A stretch of 64,000 nt of DNA from Marispirochaeta sp. Its GTDB lineage: Bacteria > Spirochaetota > Spirochaetia > JC444 > Marispirochaetaceae. The position numbers were made by a program, and so were the translations under genes. The notes under the pieces were generated by a model that was not told the origin of the DNA, made no database searches, and saw only the letters and a list, made by a program, of their open reading frames with translations. Shown one piece after another: positions 18,833-28,730 of this stretch; position 1 is the first letter of the stretch; each line of letters opens with the position of its first letter. Where the stretch lies: the NCBI GenBank assembly GCA_963676835.2, contig CAXXFF010000002.1, positions 960,001-1,024,000 on the forward strand, read 5' to 3'.

Positions 18833-18861
18833 TTGACCGTTAAATATATAGAAATTACTAT
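18833..18861 (+). promoter_or_regulatory. sigma70-type promoter of the efflux operon
   Basis: TTGACC, 17 bp, TACTAT. Confidence 0.55.
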
Positions 18862-18895
18862 ATAAGTATCAAATTGGAAAAAAGGTAACAGTCAG

Positions 18896-20254
18896 ATGAA
18901 ACCAATGGTTTCTGTTGCCCTCCTGGCCGGCGTGCTCTTTGTTACTCCCTCCGCTGCACTTGATTTTCCCACAGTGTCCGGACAGGTCGATGCAACCTTC
19001 GATGTAATTGCCGCACAGATAGAGCTTGAACAGGCGCAAAAGAGTGTTCAGCTCCAGCGCTATCCGGAGGATTATTCTCTTTCTCTGAACCCCACAACAA
19101 AGGTTACCAGTCTGGTTGATGGTGATTTTGGGGAAGAGGTAGCGGTAAGCGCCAATATCCAGATTAAAGCGCCGGTGGGCATGTCGGCCCTGGAAAAAGA
19201 GAGGCTTGCTTTTGCCCTGGACTCTCTAGAAATCGCTGATACTTCTCTGTCGATTGTGCAGTTCCAGGCCTATGAAAAACTTTTCAGCTTGTACCAGGCA
19301 GCCTGGCTGCTTCAGCAGGAACAGTCTGTAATAGAGCTGGAACTCGGGGCGGCTGAATTATACCGGGAAACCCTGCTTGAACAGTTTCAGGCGGGCCGGG
19401 CCAATATGGCAGGTTTATCCTCCGCGGAGGAGGACTACGCCGAACTGGAGAATGCCCTTACCCAGAACCAGCTGGAACAGCGCCTTGCCTGGTTTGCCCT
19501 GGTCTCATACGGCCAGATGAATCTTGAGCCGGAAAAGCTGGACAGTTTCAGCCTTCAGACAGAAGAGATCCCGGAACCCCCGGAACTTGCAGTTTGGCTT
19601 AAAGAGAATCACCCCTCGCTTAAAGGTGAGTATGTAAAGGTCCGGCAGCTGCAGCAGACCATGGAGCGGCTTGAATCTCCGGATATCGGCGTTGGGATCA
19701 AGCCCTTCTATACCTATGAGGACCATTCCGCTTCTTTAACCTTCGATCCCTACAATCCGGGATTTACCGGTTCCTACAGTTTTCCCCTGCAGACCTTCGG
19801 AGAGATTCCGTCCGGTTCGGGAAGCTCGGTGAGTACCTGGAGCACCGGCCTGACTGTGGAGTTTTCCATTGGGTCCAACAAAAATGATTCTCTGGAAGCA
19901 GAGGTTCTATCCCTGGATCTTAAAACCGCTGAGAGCAGAATTGCCTATCTTACGGATTCCCTTAATCTGAGTCTGAGGTCTGCATATCAGAAATACCTGC
20001 GCAGTCAGGATCTTCTGGAGCAGGCCAGGATGAATCTCCTCCGCAGTGAAAGCAACCTTCGCCTTGTAGGTGAAATGGACCGGTCCGGCAGAGTAACGGT
20101 TTACGACCGGCGCGAAGCTGAGGCTGTTGCCGCCAGAGACCGCTGGAAGATTGAATCTGCCCGGATCGAAACAGAAAAGGCCTGGCTGGATCTTCTGGAT
20201 CAGGCCGTATGGTTTGATCAGGTCTCTATTCCCGGGAGGGTGAACAATGAGTGA
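18896..20254 (+). CDS. TolC-family outer membrane efflux protein (divergent)
   Basis: Signal peptide; two helical repeats (QFQAGRA…, DRSGRVT…) with intervening beta-strand segments; first gene of the RND operon. Confidence 0.65.
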   Translation: MKPMVSVALLAGVLFVTPSAALDFPTVSGQVDATFDVIAAQIELEQAQKSVQLQRYPEDYSLSLNPTTKVTSLVDGDFGEEVAVSANIQIKAPVGMSALEKERLAFALDSLEIADTSLSIVQFQAYEKLFSLYQAAWLLQQEQSVIELELGAAELYRETLLEQFQAGRANMAGLSSAEEDYAELENALTQNQLEQRLAWFALVSYGQMNLEPEKLDSFSLQTEEIPEPPELAVWLKENHPSLKGEYVKVRQLQQTMERLESPDIGVGIKPFYTYEDHSASLTFDPYNPGFTGSYSFPLQTFGEIPSGSGSSVSTWSTGLTVEFSIGSNKNDSLEAEVLSLDLKTAESRIAYLTDSLNLSLRSAYQKYLRSQDLLEQARMNLLRSESNLRLVGEMDRSGRVTVYDRREAEAVAARDRWKIESARIETEKAWLDLLDQAVWFDQVSIPGRVNNE

Positions 20255-23200
20255 AAAACAGAATTTCTTAAGCAGAATCTCAGCGGTTTCAGTCGACCGT
20301 TACCGAATAGTCTATCTCCTTATGATCCTGCTGGTTATGGCAGGATTTTTTTATTACACAATCCTTCCCCGGGAATCGAAGCCCGAGGTTGTCTTTCCCA
20401 AAATCAAGGTGAACGTAAATTATCCGGGAGCATCTCCGGTGGATGTAGAGGCTCTGATTACCAACCGGCTGGAGGCTGTGCTGTCTACCGTGGAAGATGT
20501 GGAGTTTATGACCTCTTCGTCCCTGGCAGGAAGGTCGGAGATTCAGCTTGATTTCTTTCCCGAAGCAGACATAGCGGAAAAGCTCAACGAGGTAAACCAG
20601 GCGGTCTTTTCCATCCAGGATTTTCCCGATGAGGCTGAAGCGCCGGCGGTAAAGGTCTCTACCACGGCCAACCGGGCCTTTATGGTTCTCAGTCTGAGCG
20701 GAGATCTCAGCCCCTCGGAGCTGAAAACAGCTGCCGACTCCCTTTTTGATGAGCTTCTGAGTATAAAGGGAGTTAACGATGTGCGTATGTCCGGAGACCG
20801 CAAGGAGGAACTCCGGGTAACGGTTGACCCTGCCAGGCTTGCCGAGTTTAACCTGACCATGGACAGTCTTGTTCAGGCTATTCGGCTGCGCCATAAAGAT
20901 ACCCCCGCCGGAGACGCTATTCTTGACGGCAGTCATTATTACATCCGGGTTATGGGAACCTACAACGGGGCAGATGAATTGGGGCGCACCCTGATTAACC
21001 TGCCCGGAGGGGGAACCATTTTTCTTAAGGATCTTGCTGCTGTAGAAGAGACCTACGAGCCGGTAAAAACCTATTCGCGCCGATCGGTAAACCTGGGAAC
21101 TGACAGCGCAGCCATGAAATCGGCTATTACCCTCTCCCTCTACCGGGATGGGGGCACGGACATCATCGGACCCAGCCAGGCGGTGAAGGATCTTATCAGC
21201 GGCGATAAGGCCGCATCTTTCCCGGAGGGGCTGGATATTCAGGTGATTCAGGATGATGCTGTTACAGTCCAGGAAGATCTGGATGCGGTGCTGGAGAATG
21301 CCGTCTCCGGTCTGCTTATTGTTGTGCTGGTTCTCTTTCTCTTTCTGGGGTTGAGGGAAGCGCTTATAACTGCTCTGATAATTCCCTTCTCCCTGTTTAT
21401 TGCATTCTTTGCAATGAACAGCATCGGTATGACTTTTAACACCATGACCCTGCTGGCCATGATAATCGCCCTGGGTCTGCTGGTGGATAACGCAATTGTG
21501 GTAATGGAGAATATCGCCATCTACCGCGAACGGGGTCTTTCCCGCTACCAGGCTGCCCGGCAGGGAAGCGCCGAGGTTGCACCATCTATTTTCGCCGCTA
21601 CTCTTACCACTATGGTTGCCTTTATTCCCATCGCGTTTATGGGCGGACGCATTGGTCTTATTGTAAGCGTAATTCCCGTGACCATTATTTTTATCATCGG
21701 GGCGTCCCTGCTGATTGCCCTTACGGTAACTCCAACCTTAAGTTCCCGGATGCTGAAGAAGGTCCATAGTTCGCATAGTGAACCCCGTCAGTTCTCCCTT
21801 GCCCGGGAACTTACGGAAGGGTTTATTGTTCTGGTTCTTTTTTCCGCTGCTTTTACCAGCAAGGGCCGGCCGGGGCTTTTGTCCCTTACGACGGGTCTGG
21901 TAATGGCTGTAATTCTCGGGGTTAGAATTTTCTCCCGTTACAAACAGGTCAACCTTTTTGACAAAATCGCGGATCTATACCGGCAGACCCTTACCCGGCT
22001 TGTGTCGAAAAAACGCAACAGGGTGCTTGTTCCTCTGGTTACCCTGTTTGCCCTTGTTGCGGTTCTGTCCACACTGCCTCTTGGTTTGTTGAAGATCGAA
22101 CTCTTTCCGGTAATGGATGAATCGTCCCTCTATATTACCCTCACAACTCCCCAGTACAGCACTCTGGAGGACACCGACCAAGCGGCTCGCAAAATAGAAG
22201 CGTCAGTCCTGTCCTTAAGCGGCATAAGTTCCATTTACTCGGAAGTGGGCGTAGACAGCCTGCGGGAAGCTGAAGTGATCCTCAATCTTAAGCCCCGGGA
22301 GGAACGCTCCTGGACCACCAAAGAGATGGTCTCCCAGCTGATGAAAGAGTTTCTGACCATTCCCGGTATCAAGGTGACCATCGGAACCTCCGCCGGAGGC
22401 AAGACCGCGAACAGTCCCGTACAGATACGGCTGACAGGTACCGGAGGGGATATAGAGTCTCTGTACTCCTCTGCGGGAGAAACCTTGAAGCTTCTGGCAC
22501 AGGTTGAAGGCATCGGTAACCCGGTTACCGATATTGAGCCAGGGTATCCGGAGGTTCAGGTTCTTGTCCGCCAGCTTGAAGCCGCCGATCTCGGCCTCGA
22601 TTCAACGACGATAGGAAATCTGGTAAAGACCGTGGTCAACGGACAGACCGCAGGAACTCTCCTTGCGGGAGAACAGGAAATTCCCATCCGTTTTACCATC
22701 ACTGATGACAAACTGGATTCGGTGCAGGATCTTGAAAAGATTATTGTTACCCTGAAGGACGGCAGCCGGGTTCCCCTGACTCAGGTTGTCTCAATCGCCG
22801 AAACAAGCGGTATCGGCACCATCCGGCACAATGGAGGCGACCGGGCGGTGATGCTCTATGCCCAGCTGCTGCCGGATGCAAACCTGAAGGATATTGTAAA
22901 CAGCTTTGACAGGATCGCCGCAGAACAGGGTCTTCCCGGAGGCATCTCTTATGAGTGGTCCGGAGATGCCGCCGATCTTGACTCCTCTTTCAGTGAGATG
23001 ACGGTAAACCTGATAATAGCCCTGCTTGCGGTATTTCTGATTCTCACCATTCAGTTCGATTCACTAATGCAGTCTCTGGTAATTCTGCTCTCAGTTCCCA
23101 TGTCGGTAATCGGCGTCTTTTCCGGGCTGCTATTAACGGGTAATAATTTCGGCCTCTATGCCTTCATGGGGGTAATTGCTCTTGTGGGTATTGCCGTCAA

Positions 23201-23516
23201 CGATGCCATCGTTCTGGTTGATACGGTCAACCGAAACCGCAGCGGGGGCATGGCCATGCTCGATGCCCTGACGGATGCAGGCAAAAGCAGGTTCGGCCCG
23301 GTACTTGCCACAACCCTGACCACCATCGGCGGAATCCTTCCCCTGGCATTCAAGGATGAGAACTTCGCCCAGCTGAGCATTACCCTGATTTCCGGACTTA
23401 TCGCGTCCACAGTGCTGACCCTGGTGGTACTTCCAACTATCTATTCCATAGTGGAGGAGTCCAAGGTCCGCTTTAAAAAAGTTATTCCCGTTTTTACCGA
23501 GGAGGAAAAAGGATGA
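20247..23516 (+). CDS. RND efflux transporter permease (AcrB/AcrD/AcrF family)
   Basis: YPGASPVDVE, LGLLVDNAIVVMENI, ATLTT, GIAVNDAIVLVD, SRFGPVLATTLTT. Confidence 0.93.
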   Translation: MSEKQNFLSRISAVSVDRYRIVYLLMILLVMAGFFYYTILPRESKPEVVFPKIKVNVNYPGASPVDVEALITNRLEAVLSTVEDVEFMTSSSLAGRSEIQLDFFPEADIAEKLNEVNQAVFSIQDFPDEAEAPAVKVSTTANRAFMVLSLSGDLSPSELKTAADSLFDELLSIKGVNDVRMSGDRKEELRVTVDPARLAEFNLTMDSLVQAIRLRHKDTPAGDAILDGSHYYIRVMGTYNGADELGRTLINLPGGGTIFLKDLAAVEETYEPVKTYSRRSVNLGTDSAAMKSAITLSLYRDGGTDIIGPSQAVKDLISGDKAASFPEGLDIQVIQDDAVTVQEDLDAVLENAVSGLLIVVLVLFLFLGLREALITALIIPFSLFIAFFAMNSIGMTFNTMTLLAMIIALGLLVDNAIVVMENIAIYRERGLSRYQAARQGSAEVAPSIFAATLTTMVAFIPIAFMGGRIGLIVSVIPVTIIFIIGASLLIALTVTPTLSSRMLKKVHSSHSEPRQFSLARELTEGFIVLVLFSAAFTSKGRPGLLSLTTGLVMAVILGVRIFSRYKQVNLFDKIADLYRQTLTRLVSKKRNRVLVPLVTLFALVAVLSTLPLGLLKIELFPVMDESSLYITLTTPQYSTLEDTDQAARKIEASVLSLSGISSIYSEVGVDSLREAEVILNLKPREERSWTTKEMVSQLMKEFLTIPGIKVTIGTSAGGKTANSPVQIRLTGTGGDIESLYSSAGETLKLLAQVEGIGNPVTDIEPGYPEVQVLVRQLEAADLGLDSTTIGNLVKTVVNGQTAGTLLAGEQEIPIRFTITDDKLDSVQDLEKIIVTLKDGSRVPLTQVVSIAETSGIGTIRHNGGDRAVMLYAQLLPDANLKDIVNSFDRIAAEQGLPGGISYEWSGDAADLDSSFSEMTVNLIIALLAVFLILTIQFDSLMQSLVILLSVPMSVIGVFSGLLLTGNNFGLYAFMGVIALVGIAVNDAIVLVDTVNRNRSGGMAMLDALTDAGKSRFGPVLATTLTTIGGILPLAFKDENFAQLSITLISGLIASTVLTLVVLPTIYSIVEESKVRFKKVIPVFTEEEKG

Positions 23517-24850
23517 ACCATAAATTAACCATACCCATGATAATTCTTACCGGACTTCTGTTTTTTACTGCTTCCTGCAGTCAGTCCGAACCGGCAGCAT
23601 CTTCGGATACAGCTAAGGCTCCTGCTGCAGCCCCGGCAGTTGATCTCTCTGTTCCCCCTCCCGGTTCAAGTGCTGACCAGGCCAAGTGGGATTCCTTTAC
23701 GGCTGAGAAAAAGCAGGAGTCCTGGGATAAGTACCTTGCATCTCTGGAAGCTGCAGCCCCTGACTCTGCGGCAGCAGAAGCTGCACCGGTGGAGGAAAAG
23801 AAACCCGGGAGCCGGGCCAGTGTAGTTGCGGTAGCGGTGGGAAAGTTAACCAGAGCTCCCATGGAGGTTTTTTACTATAACCTCGGCGAACTGCGGGCCG
23901 GGGGCGAAATGCGCATCAATCCCCAGTCCACAGGAATAGTTGCTTCTCTGTATGTTAGGGAAGGTGACTTTGTCGAACCCGGTGACCTCCTCTTTTCCCT
24001 CGATAACAACGATCTGGTAAAAAGCATGGAGCGTACCTCGGAGAAATGGAACACCGATCTTGAACTTGCGGAGATAAAGCTGAACGAGGCCCTGGAGAAT
24101 TATGAGACAACCAACAGCCTCTACGCAAAAGAGCTGGTCTCCCGGTCGGAGTTTGAGAAGGCAAAACAGGCCTACGATGAAGCTCAGCTGAATTTTGAGA
24201 AAACCCAGCTGGGGAAAACATCGGAGCTTGAGAATCTGCAGGAAAATCTGCGGACTACTCTGGCGATAAGTCCCGGAAGAGGATATGTCTCGGAGATCTC
24301 CTTTTCCCGGGGAGAAACGGTTAACTCTGCTGACTACGTGGAAATTATTGATATTGAAAAGATAGCAGTGAGCATAAGGGTTCCGGAAAATATTATTACC
24401 AGAGTAAAACCGGGCCAGCAGGTTTTTGCCAAGAAGGCTTCGGCCCCGGATTATGTGCTGGAAGGCACTGTCAGCTTTGTCGGCCTCAAAGCGGACAGTA
24501 ACCGCAGCTATGAGGTCGTAGCGGAGTTTGACAACAGCAGCCAGAAACTGCTTCCGGGAATGCTTATTGAAGCCCAGATCAAGCTGATGCAGTACAGTCC
24601 CAATTTTGTGGTTCCCAAGTCCAGCGTGGTTATGGAAAGCGCCGGGCAGTTTATTTTCAGGATTAAGGATAACGCAGCAGAAAAGGTTCCTGTGGAACTG
24701 GGCCGTACCCGGGGCGAGCTGATACAGGTAAGCGGCCCGCTGAAAGAGGGTGATGTTTTTGTTCTTTCCGGCCAGACCTATCTGCAGAAGGGAACGTCTG
24801 TTACCGTCTCAGAGGAGCGGGAATACCTGCCTGCCAGGGCGGAGCTTTAG
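23513..24850 (+). CDS. RND efflux periplasmic adaptor (MFP), lipoprotein
   Basis: Lipobox FTASC; lipoyl motif VREGDFVEPGDLL; coiled coil; LLPGM. Confidence 0.88.
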   Translation: MNHKLTIPMIILTGLLFFTASCSQSEPAASSDTAKAPAAAPAVDLSVPPPGSSADQAKWDSFTAEKKQESWDKYLASLEAAAPDSAAAEAAPVEEKKPGSRASVVAVAVGKLTRAPMEVFYYNLGELRAGGEMRINPQSTGIVASLYVREGDFVEPGDLLFSLDNNDLVKSMERTSEKWNTDLELAEIKLNEALENYETTNSLYAKELVSRSEFEKAKQAYDEAQLNFEKTQLGKTSELENLQENLRTTLAISPGRGYVSEISFSRGETVNSADYVEIIDIEKIAVSIRVPENIITRVKPGQQVFAKKASAPDYVLEGTVSFVGLKADSNRSYEVVAEFDNSSQKLLPGMLIEAQIKLMQYSPNFVVPKSSVVMESAGQFIFRIKDNAAEKVPVELGRTRGELIQVSGPLKEGDVFVLSGQTYLQKGTSVTVSEEREYLPARAEL

Positions 24851-24868
24851 GCAGATAAGTAGGCCGAG

Positions 24869-25216
24869 ATGTATTACCTCATAAAGCTTGCAGTTTCTGC
24901 AGTTATTATTGTGCTTGTAAGTGAAGTGGCAAAAAGAAGCTCCCTTTTCGGTGCCCTTATTGCCGCTTTACCTTTAACTTCCCTGCTTGCCATATTCTGG
25001 ATGAAAATGGAGAAGACGGAAGTCAGTACAATTTCCAGTCTTTCATACGCAATTTTCTGGCTGGTAATACCTTCACTTCTCTTCTTTCTTATTTTTCCCA
25101 TCCTTCTGAACAAAGGAATTGCTTTCTGGCTGAGTTTTACTGTGGCTTCGGTAAGTACCACTGCTGCGTACCTTTTGCTCGTAAGGATTTTAAAACTCTT
25201 TGGTATTGAGCTGTGA
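24869..25216 (+). CDS. Small membrane protein, DUF3147-like
   Basis: VSEVAKRSSLFGALIAALPLTSLL pattern, four hydrophobic segments. Confidence 0.7.
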   Translation: MYYLIKLAVSAVIIVLVSEVAKRSSLFGALIAALPLTSLLAIFWMKMEKTEVSTISSLSYAIFWLVIPSLLFFLIFPILLNKGIAFWLSFTVASVSTTAAYLLLVRILKLFGIEL

Positions 25217-25381
25217 TGGAACTCTCCAAAGGCGGGGCAAAGATCGTGAGCTCCGCCTGTTCGGGGGAAGAGAGTATTCTGTATGCCCTTTCTATAAAAT
25301 GGTAATTACCAGCATCATATATACCATCTCCCTGCGGAACCGTTATACTGTTTACCTACAGAAGTTACAGGGAGATGAAAA

Positions 25382-26137
25382 ATGAGTAGCAGAAAGATCG
25401 TTCTTATTACCGGTGCAAGTCAGGGTATCGGAGCCGCCGTATCACGTGCTTTTGCGGAAAGCGGATTTACCGTAGTCCTGGCCGCCCGCAGGGAAGATAA
25501 ACTTAAAGAAGTGATTGCAGGTTTCGGCGAAGCCGGGAAAAACTGTCATGCTGTTCCCTGCGATGTATCTGATCCTGTCTCAGTGGACTCCCTCTATGCA
25601 GCCATACAGGAAAAGCTGGGACGTCTGGATGTAGTATTCAACAATGCCGGTATCAACTGTCCTCCCGACCTTGTGGGGGACGTTGAGTTTGAAAACTGGC
25701 GTAAAGTACTGTCGGTAAATCTCGATGGTTCTTTTCTTATCGCCCGGGGAGCTTTCCGCCTTATGCGGGATCAGAACCCTCAGGGCGGACGGATTATCAA
25801 TAACGGTTCCATCTCCGCCCACGCACCCCGGCCCGGGCAGGCTCCCTATACTGCATCCAAACACGCCATAACCGGCCTGACCAAGGCGATTGCTTTGGAC
25901 GGACGGCCCTTCAATATTGTCTGCAGCCAGATTGACATCGGCAATGCCGCATCGGCCATGACAGCCAGTATGGCCAACGGTGTGCTTCAGGCCGACGGCA
26001 GCATGAAGCCGGAACCTACCATGGATGTAAACGATGTCGCCCGTACTCTGGTTCACATGGCATCCATGCCTCTGGAATCGAATATGCTCTTTACCACCAT
26101 TATGGCAACCAAGGCTCCGTTTGTCGGCCGGGGATAA
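25382..26137 (+). CDS. SDR family oxidoreductase
   Basis: ITGASQGIG, FNNAG, GGRIINNGSISA, YTASKHA. Confidence 0.92.
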   Translation: MSSRKIVLITGASQGIGAAVSRAFAESGFTVVLAARREDKLKEVIAGFGEAGKNCHAVPCDVSDPVSVDSLYAAIQEKLGRLDVVFNNAGINCPPDLVGDVEFENWRKVLSVNLDGSFLIARGAFRLMRDQNPQGGRIINNGSISAHAPRPGQAPYTASKHAITGLTKAIALDGRPFNIVCSQIDIGNAASAMTASMANGVLQADGSMKPEPTMDVNDVARTLVHMASMPLESNMLFTTIMATKAPFVGRG

Positions 26138-26149
26138 GTAAAGAATATT

Positions 26150-28000
26150 ATGAGTCTGGCACACATCGAACTGCAGATCTTTGAACTGGGGCTGCTTGTC
26201 CTTGCAGCCTATTTCGGCGGACGGATTGCCCGGAAACTGCAGGTCGGCGAAGTTATCGGCCAGATTCTGGGGGGCATTATTGTCGGCCCCCACTTTCTCT
26301 ACCTGGTAAGTCATTGGCTGCAGGGACATCCGGGGCTATCTGCATTGCCACTTTTTGTCCCGGTCTCCCGCTTTTTTGAAACCCGCTTTACCGATTACGC
26401 TTCAATTATGGAAGATGCCCACTTCTTTGTATTTCTCTTTCTGGGGATTGTGGCCTTTTCTCTGGGTGAGGAACTTCACTGGAACCGGCTGAAGCAGGTG
26501 GGCATCCGGGCTTCTATAATCTGCATTATTCAGGCAGTACTGACCTGGGCACTTCTGGCCCTGGGATTCAGGTTTATATTTCATGCCCCCTGGATTGTTG
26601 CCATGCTTATCGGTTCAATAGGAATTGCAACGGCACCGGCGCTGACCTTTATATTAATGTCAAAGTTCCAGATTGAGGGAAGGCTGAAAAACCTGCTGGC
26701 AAACATAGTTGTGCTTGATGATGTTATCGAAGTAATTGTTTTTTCCATTACCCTTGGAGTTGCCGTCGGCCTGCGGGAAGAAGGGCACCTTTCACCGTCC
26801 CATGTTCTCGCCGAAGTGGGCACAGAGTTTGGACTTGCCCTGCTTCTGGGAGTTCTGCTTTTTGCAGTACTGCGCTTTGCCATACGCAGCTACGACCGGG
26901 ATCATGAAAACAGTCCTGAGCATGCGAACCGGGAGGGCTCACTGCTTTCCACGGTTCTTTCCGATCACCCGACTCCTTCTGTGGAAATCCTGCTGATTAT
27001 CATTGGTGCTATTGCCGTAGTTATATCAACGGCCATGCATTTTAACCTGCCCTTTCTGGTGGTTGCGGTAGTGGCGGGAATCCTTATTGCCAATTATCAC
27101 ACCAATGCCCTGTTCGACTCCCTCAAGCTCAAGGATGTGATGCCTCTTTTCAACCTGCTTTTTTTCGGCATTATCGGCGCAAGTATTCAGATAGAAACCT
27201 TTTCTCTGGACACCATCTTTCTGGTGCTTGGCTACTTTGTTCTCCGTGCAGCGGCAAAACTCGGGGGTAACTGGATCGGCTGTAAAATAACCGGTCAGGA
27301 TTTAAAGGTTACCGCCAGTATTCCCAAACTGATGCTGCCCCAGGCGGGAATGGCTGCGGTTGAGACAATCCTGGTGTCCCGGGTTCTCGGAGGCCCCGAG
27401 GGAGAAATGGTGTTCAATACCATTGTTCCCGCCCTTGTTCTGTTTGAACTTGTGGGCGCCTACCTGTCGGAAAAGACCCTTATACGCTGGAAGGAGTGGA
27501 CCACCGGAGAATCGGATGCCATCCGCGGAATTGAAACATCCTCCGGAGAGAATCAGCCACAGAACAGTCAGATGCAGCCGCCTATCGATCTGGATACCCT
27601 TATGCCCATACCCCTGCAGAGAATTACCGCAGAAGGGGACCTCTCTAAAACGGGTATTATAGATGATCTGATCAACTCGCTTGCTGCAGAGGGTTTTATA
27701 GAAGACAGGGAGTATACCCGCAACGCCATTATCGAGCGGGAGCAGCTTGGTTCGACAGTTCTGATAGATGGTATTGCCCTGCCTCATTGCCGCAGTGAAT
27801 CAATCGATACACCCGTGGCGGTCGCCTGTACCCTGGATACACCGGTGCTCTGGCAGCTGAAACCGGAGAAAAAAGTGCAGCTTGTGTTTCTGATTATCTC
27901 GCCCAAACAGAAACCCGATGAGCACTTGAAGGCGCTGCAGACAATTTCCCATGCCCTGAAGTTCGGCAGATTCAGTAATATGGTTACGGTGCCGGATTAA
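26150..28000 (+). CDS. Cation:proton antiporter (CPA) fused to a C-terminal PTS EIIA (fructose/mannitol/Ntr-type) domain
   Basis: Multiple TMs with ATAPA, VVLDD and PQAG; C-terminal IEREQLGST…GIALPHCR…EHLKAL. Confidence 0.85.
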   Translation: MSLAHIELQIFELGLLVLAAYFGGRIARKLQVGEVIGQILGGIIVGPHFLYLVSHWLQGHPGLSALPLFVPVSRFFETRFTDYASIMEDAHFFVFLFLGIVAFSLGEELHWNRLKQVGIRASIICIIQAVLTWALLALGFRFIFHAPWIVAMLIGSIGIATAPALTFILMSKFQIEGRLKNLLANIVVLDDVIEVIVFSITLGVAVGLREEGHLSPSHVLAEVGTEFGLALLLGVLLFAVLRFAIRSYDRDHENSPEHANREGSLLSTVLSDHPTPSVEILLIIIGAIAVVISTAMHFNLPFLVVAVVAGILIANYHTNALFDSLKLKDVMPLFNLLFFGIIGASIQIETFSLDTIFLVLGYFVLRAAAKLGGNWIGCKITGQDLKVTASIPKLMLPQAGMAAVETILVSRVLGGPEGEMVFNTIVPALVLFELVGAYLSEKTLIRWKEWTTGESDAIRGIETSSGENQPQNSQMQPPIDLDTLMPIPLQRITAEGDLSKTGIIDDLINSLAAEGFIEDREYTRNAIIEREQLGSTVLIDGIALPHCRSESIDTPVAVACTLDTPVLWQLKPEKKVQLVFLIISPKQKPDEHLKALQTISHALKFGRFSNMVTVPD

Positions 28001-28198
28001 TAAATTGGTTTCTCACTATTTCCGGTTATTAAATTGACAGATTTTATTAATATGTTGCCATTTTTTGTGATACCTGTACGTAGTAAATCAAGTCAATAAA
28101 TAGAAAATATTCAGAATATCGAGAGTAGACAAAGCATGTAATACTTTTTTCAGCTTTTTGATCTGACAATACAGATCCTGATTGAGTTGGAGGAGTAT

Positions 28199-28717
28199 TT
28201 GAAATCTTTTCTTTTACATTCCCTGGATGCAGTTTACTTACGATTATTAAAATTTATTGAATTTATAATTATGCTTTTCTCATCAATTCTGATACTTGTT
28301 GTCTTTAGCGGGGTTATAAGCAGGTATTTTTTAAATGCCTCACTGGCCTGGTCAGAAGAACTTTCACGGTTTTTATTTGTATGGATAATGCTGCTTGCTG
28401 CTGTTTTGGTCAATGAAAAGTCCGGCCATATGCGCTTTGATTATCTTGTTCAGCATGTCCCCCGGAAAGTTGCATCCTTCATAAGAATAGTGGCTCTTTT
28501 AATAGTTGCTTTGATTTCTCTTGTACTTATCCGGGGAGGCGTAACTATAACACTGGAAAGTACAGATTGGCTTTCGCCTGCTCTCCAGGTCCCTTATGCA
28601 GCAGTTAATTGTATCCTTGTAATTTCATTTACCTTGATTCTTTTTCAAACAATTCGGCGGCTCATTTCTCAGATTATCTCATTCTACAGCGATGTACGGA
28701 AAAATTCTCAGGCATAA
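28199..28717 (+). CDS. dctQ: TRAP transporter small permease
   Basis: SRYF…WSEELSRFLFVW, HMRFD; TTG start after GGAGG. Confidence 0.88.
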   Translation: MKSFLLHSLDAVYLRLLKFIEFIIMLFSSILILVVFSGVISRYFLNASLAWSEELSRFLFVWIMLLAAVLVNEKSGHMRFDYLVQHVPRKVASFIRIVALLIVALISLVLIRGGVTITLESTDWLSPALQVPYAAVNCILVISFTLILFQTIRRLISQIISFYSDVRKNSQA

Positions 28718-28730
28718 GGGAGCTATTTAA

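Noticed and set aside
25217..25381. GC-rich hairpin (GGCGGGGC…GCTCCGCC) and a 61-aa ORF before the SDR gene; possible riboswitch
   Set aside because: No match by eye to c-di-GMP, fluoride, TPP, SAM or cobalamin consensus; the ORF has no features. An Rfam/Infernal scan would settle it.
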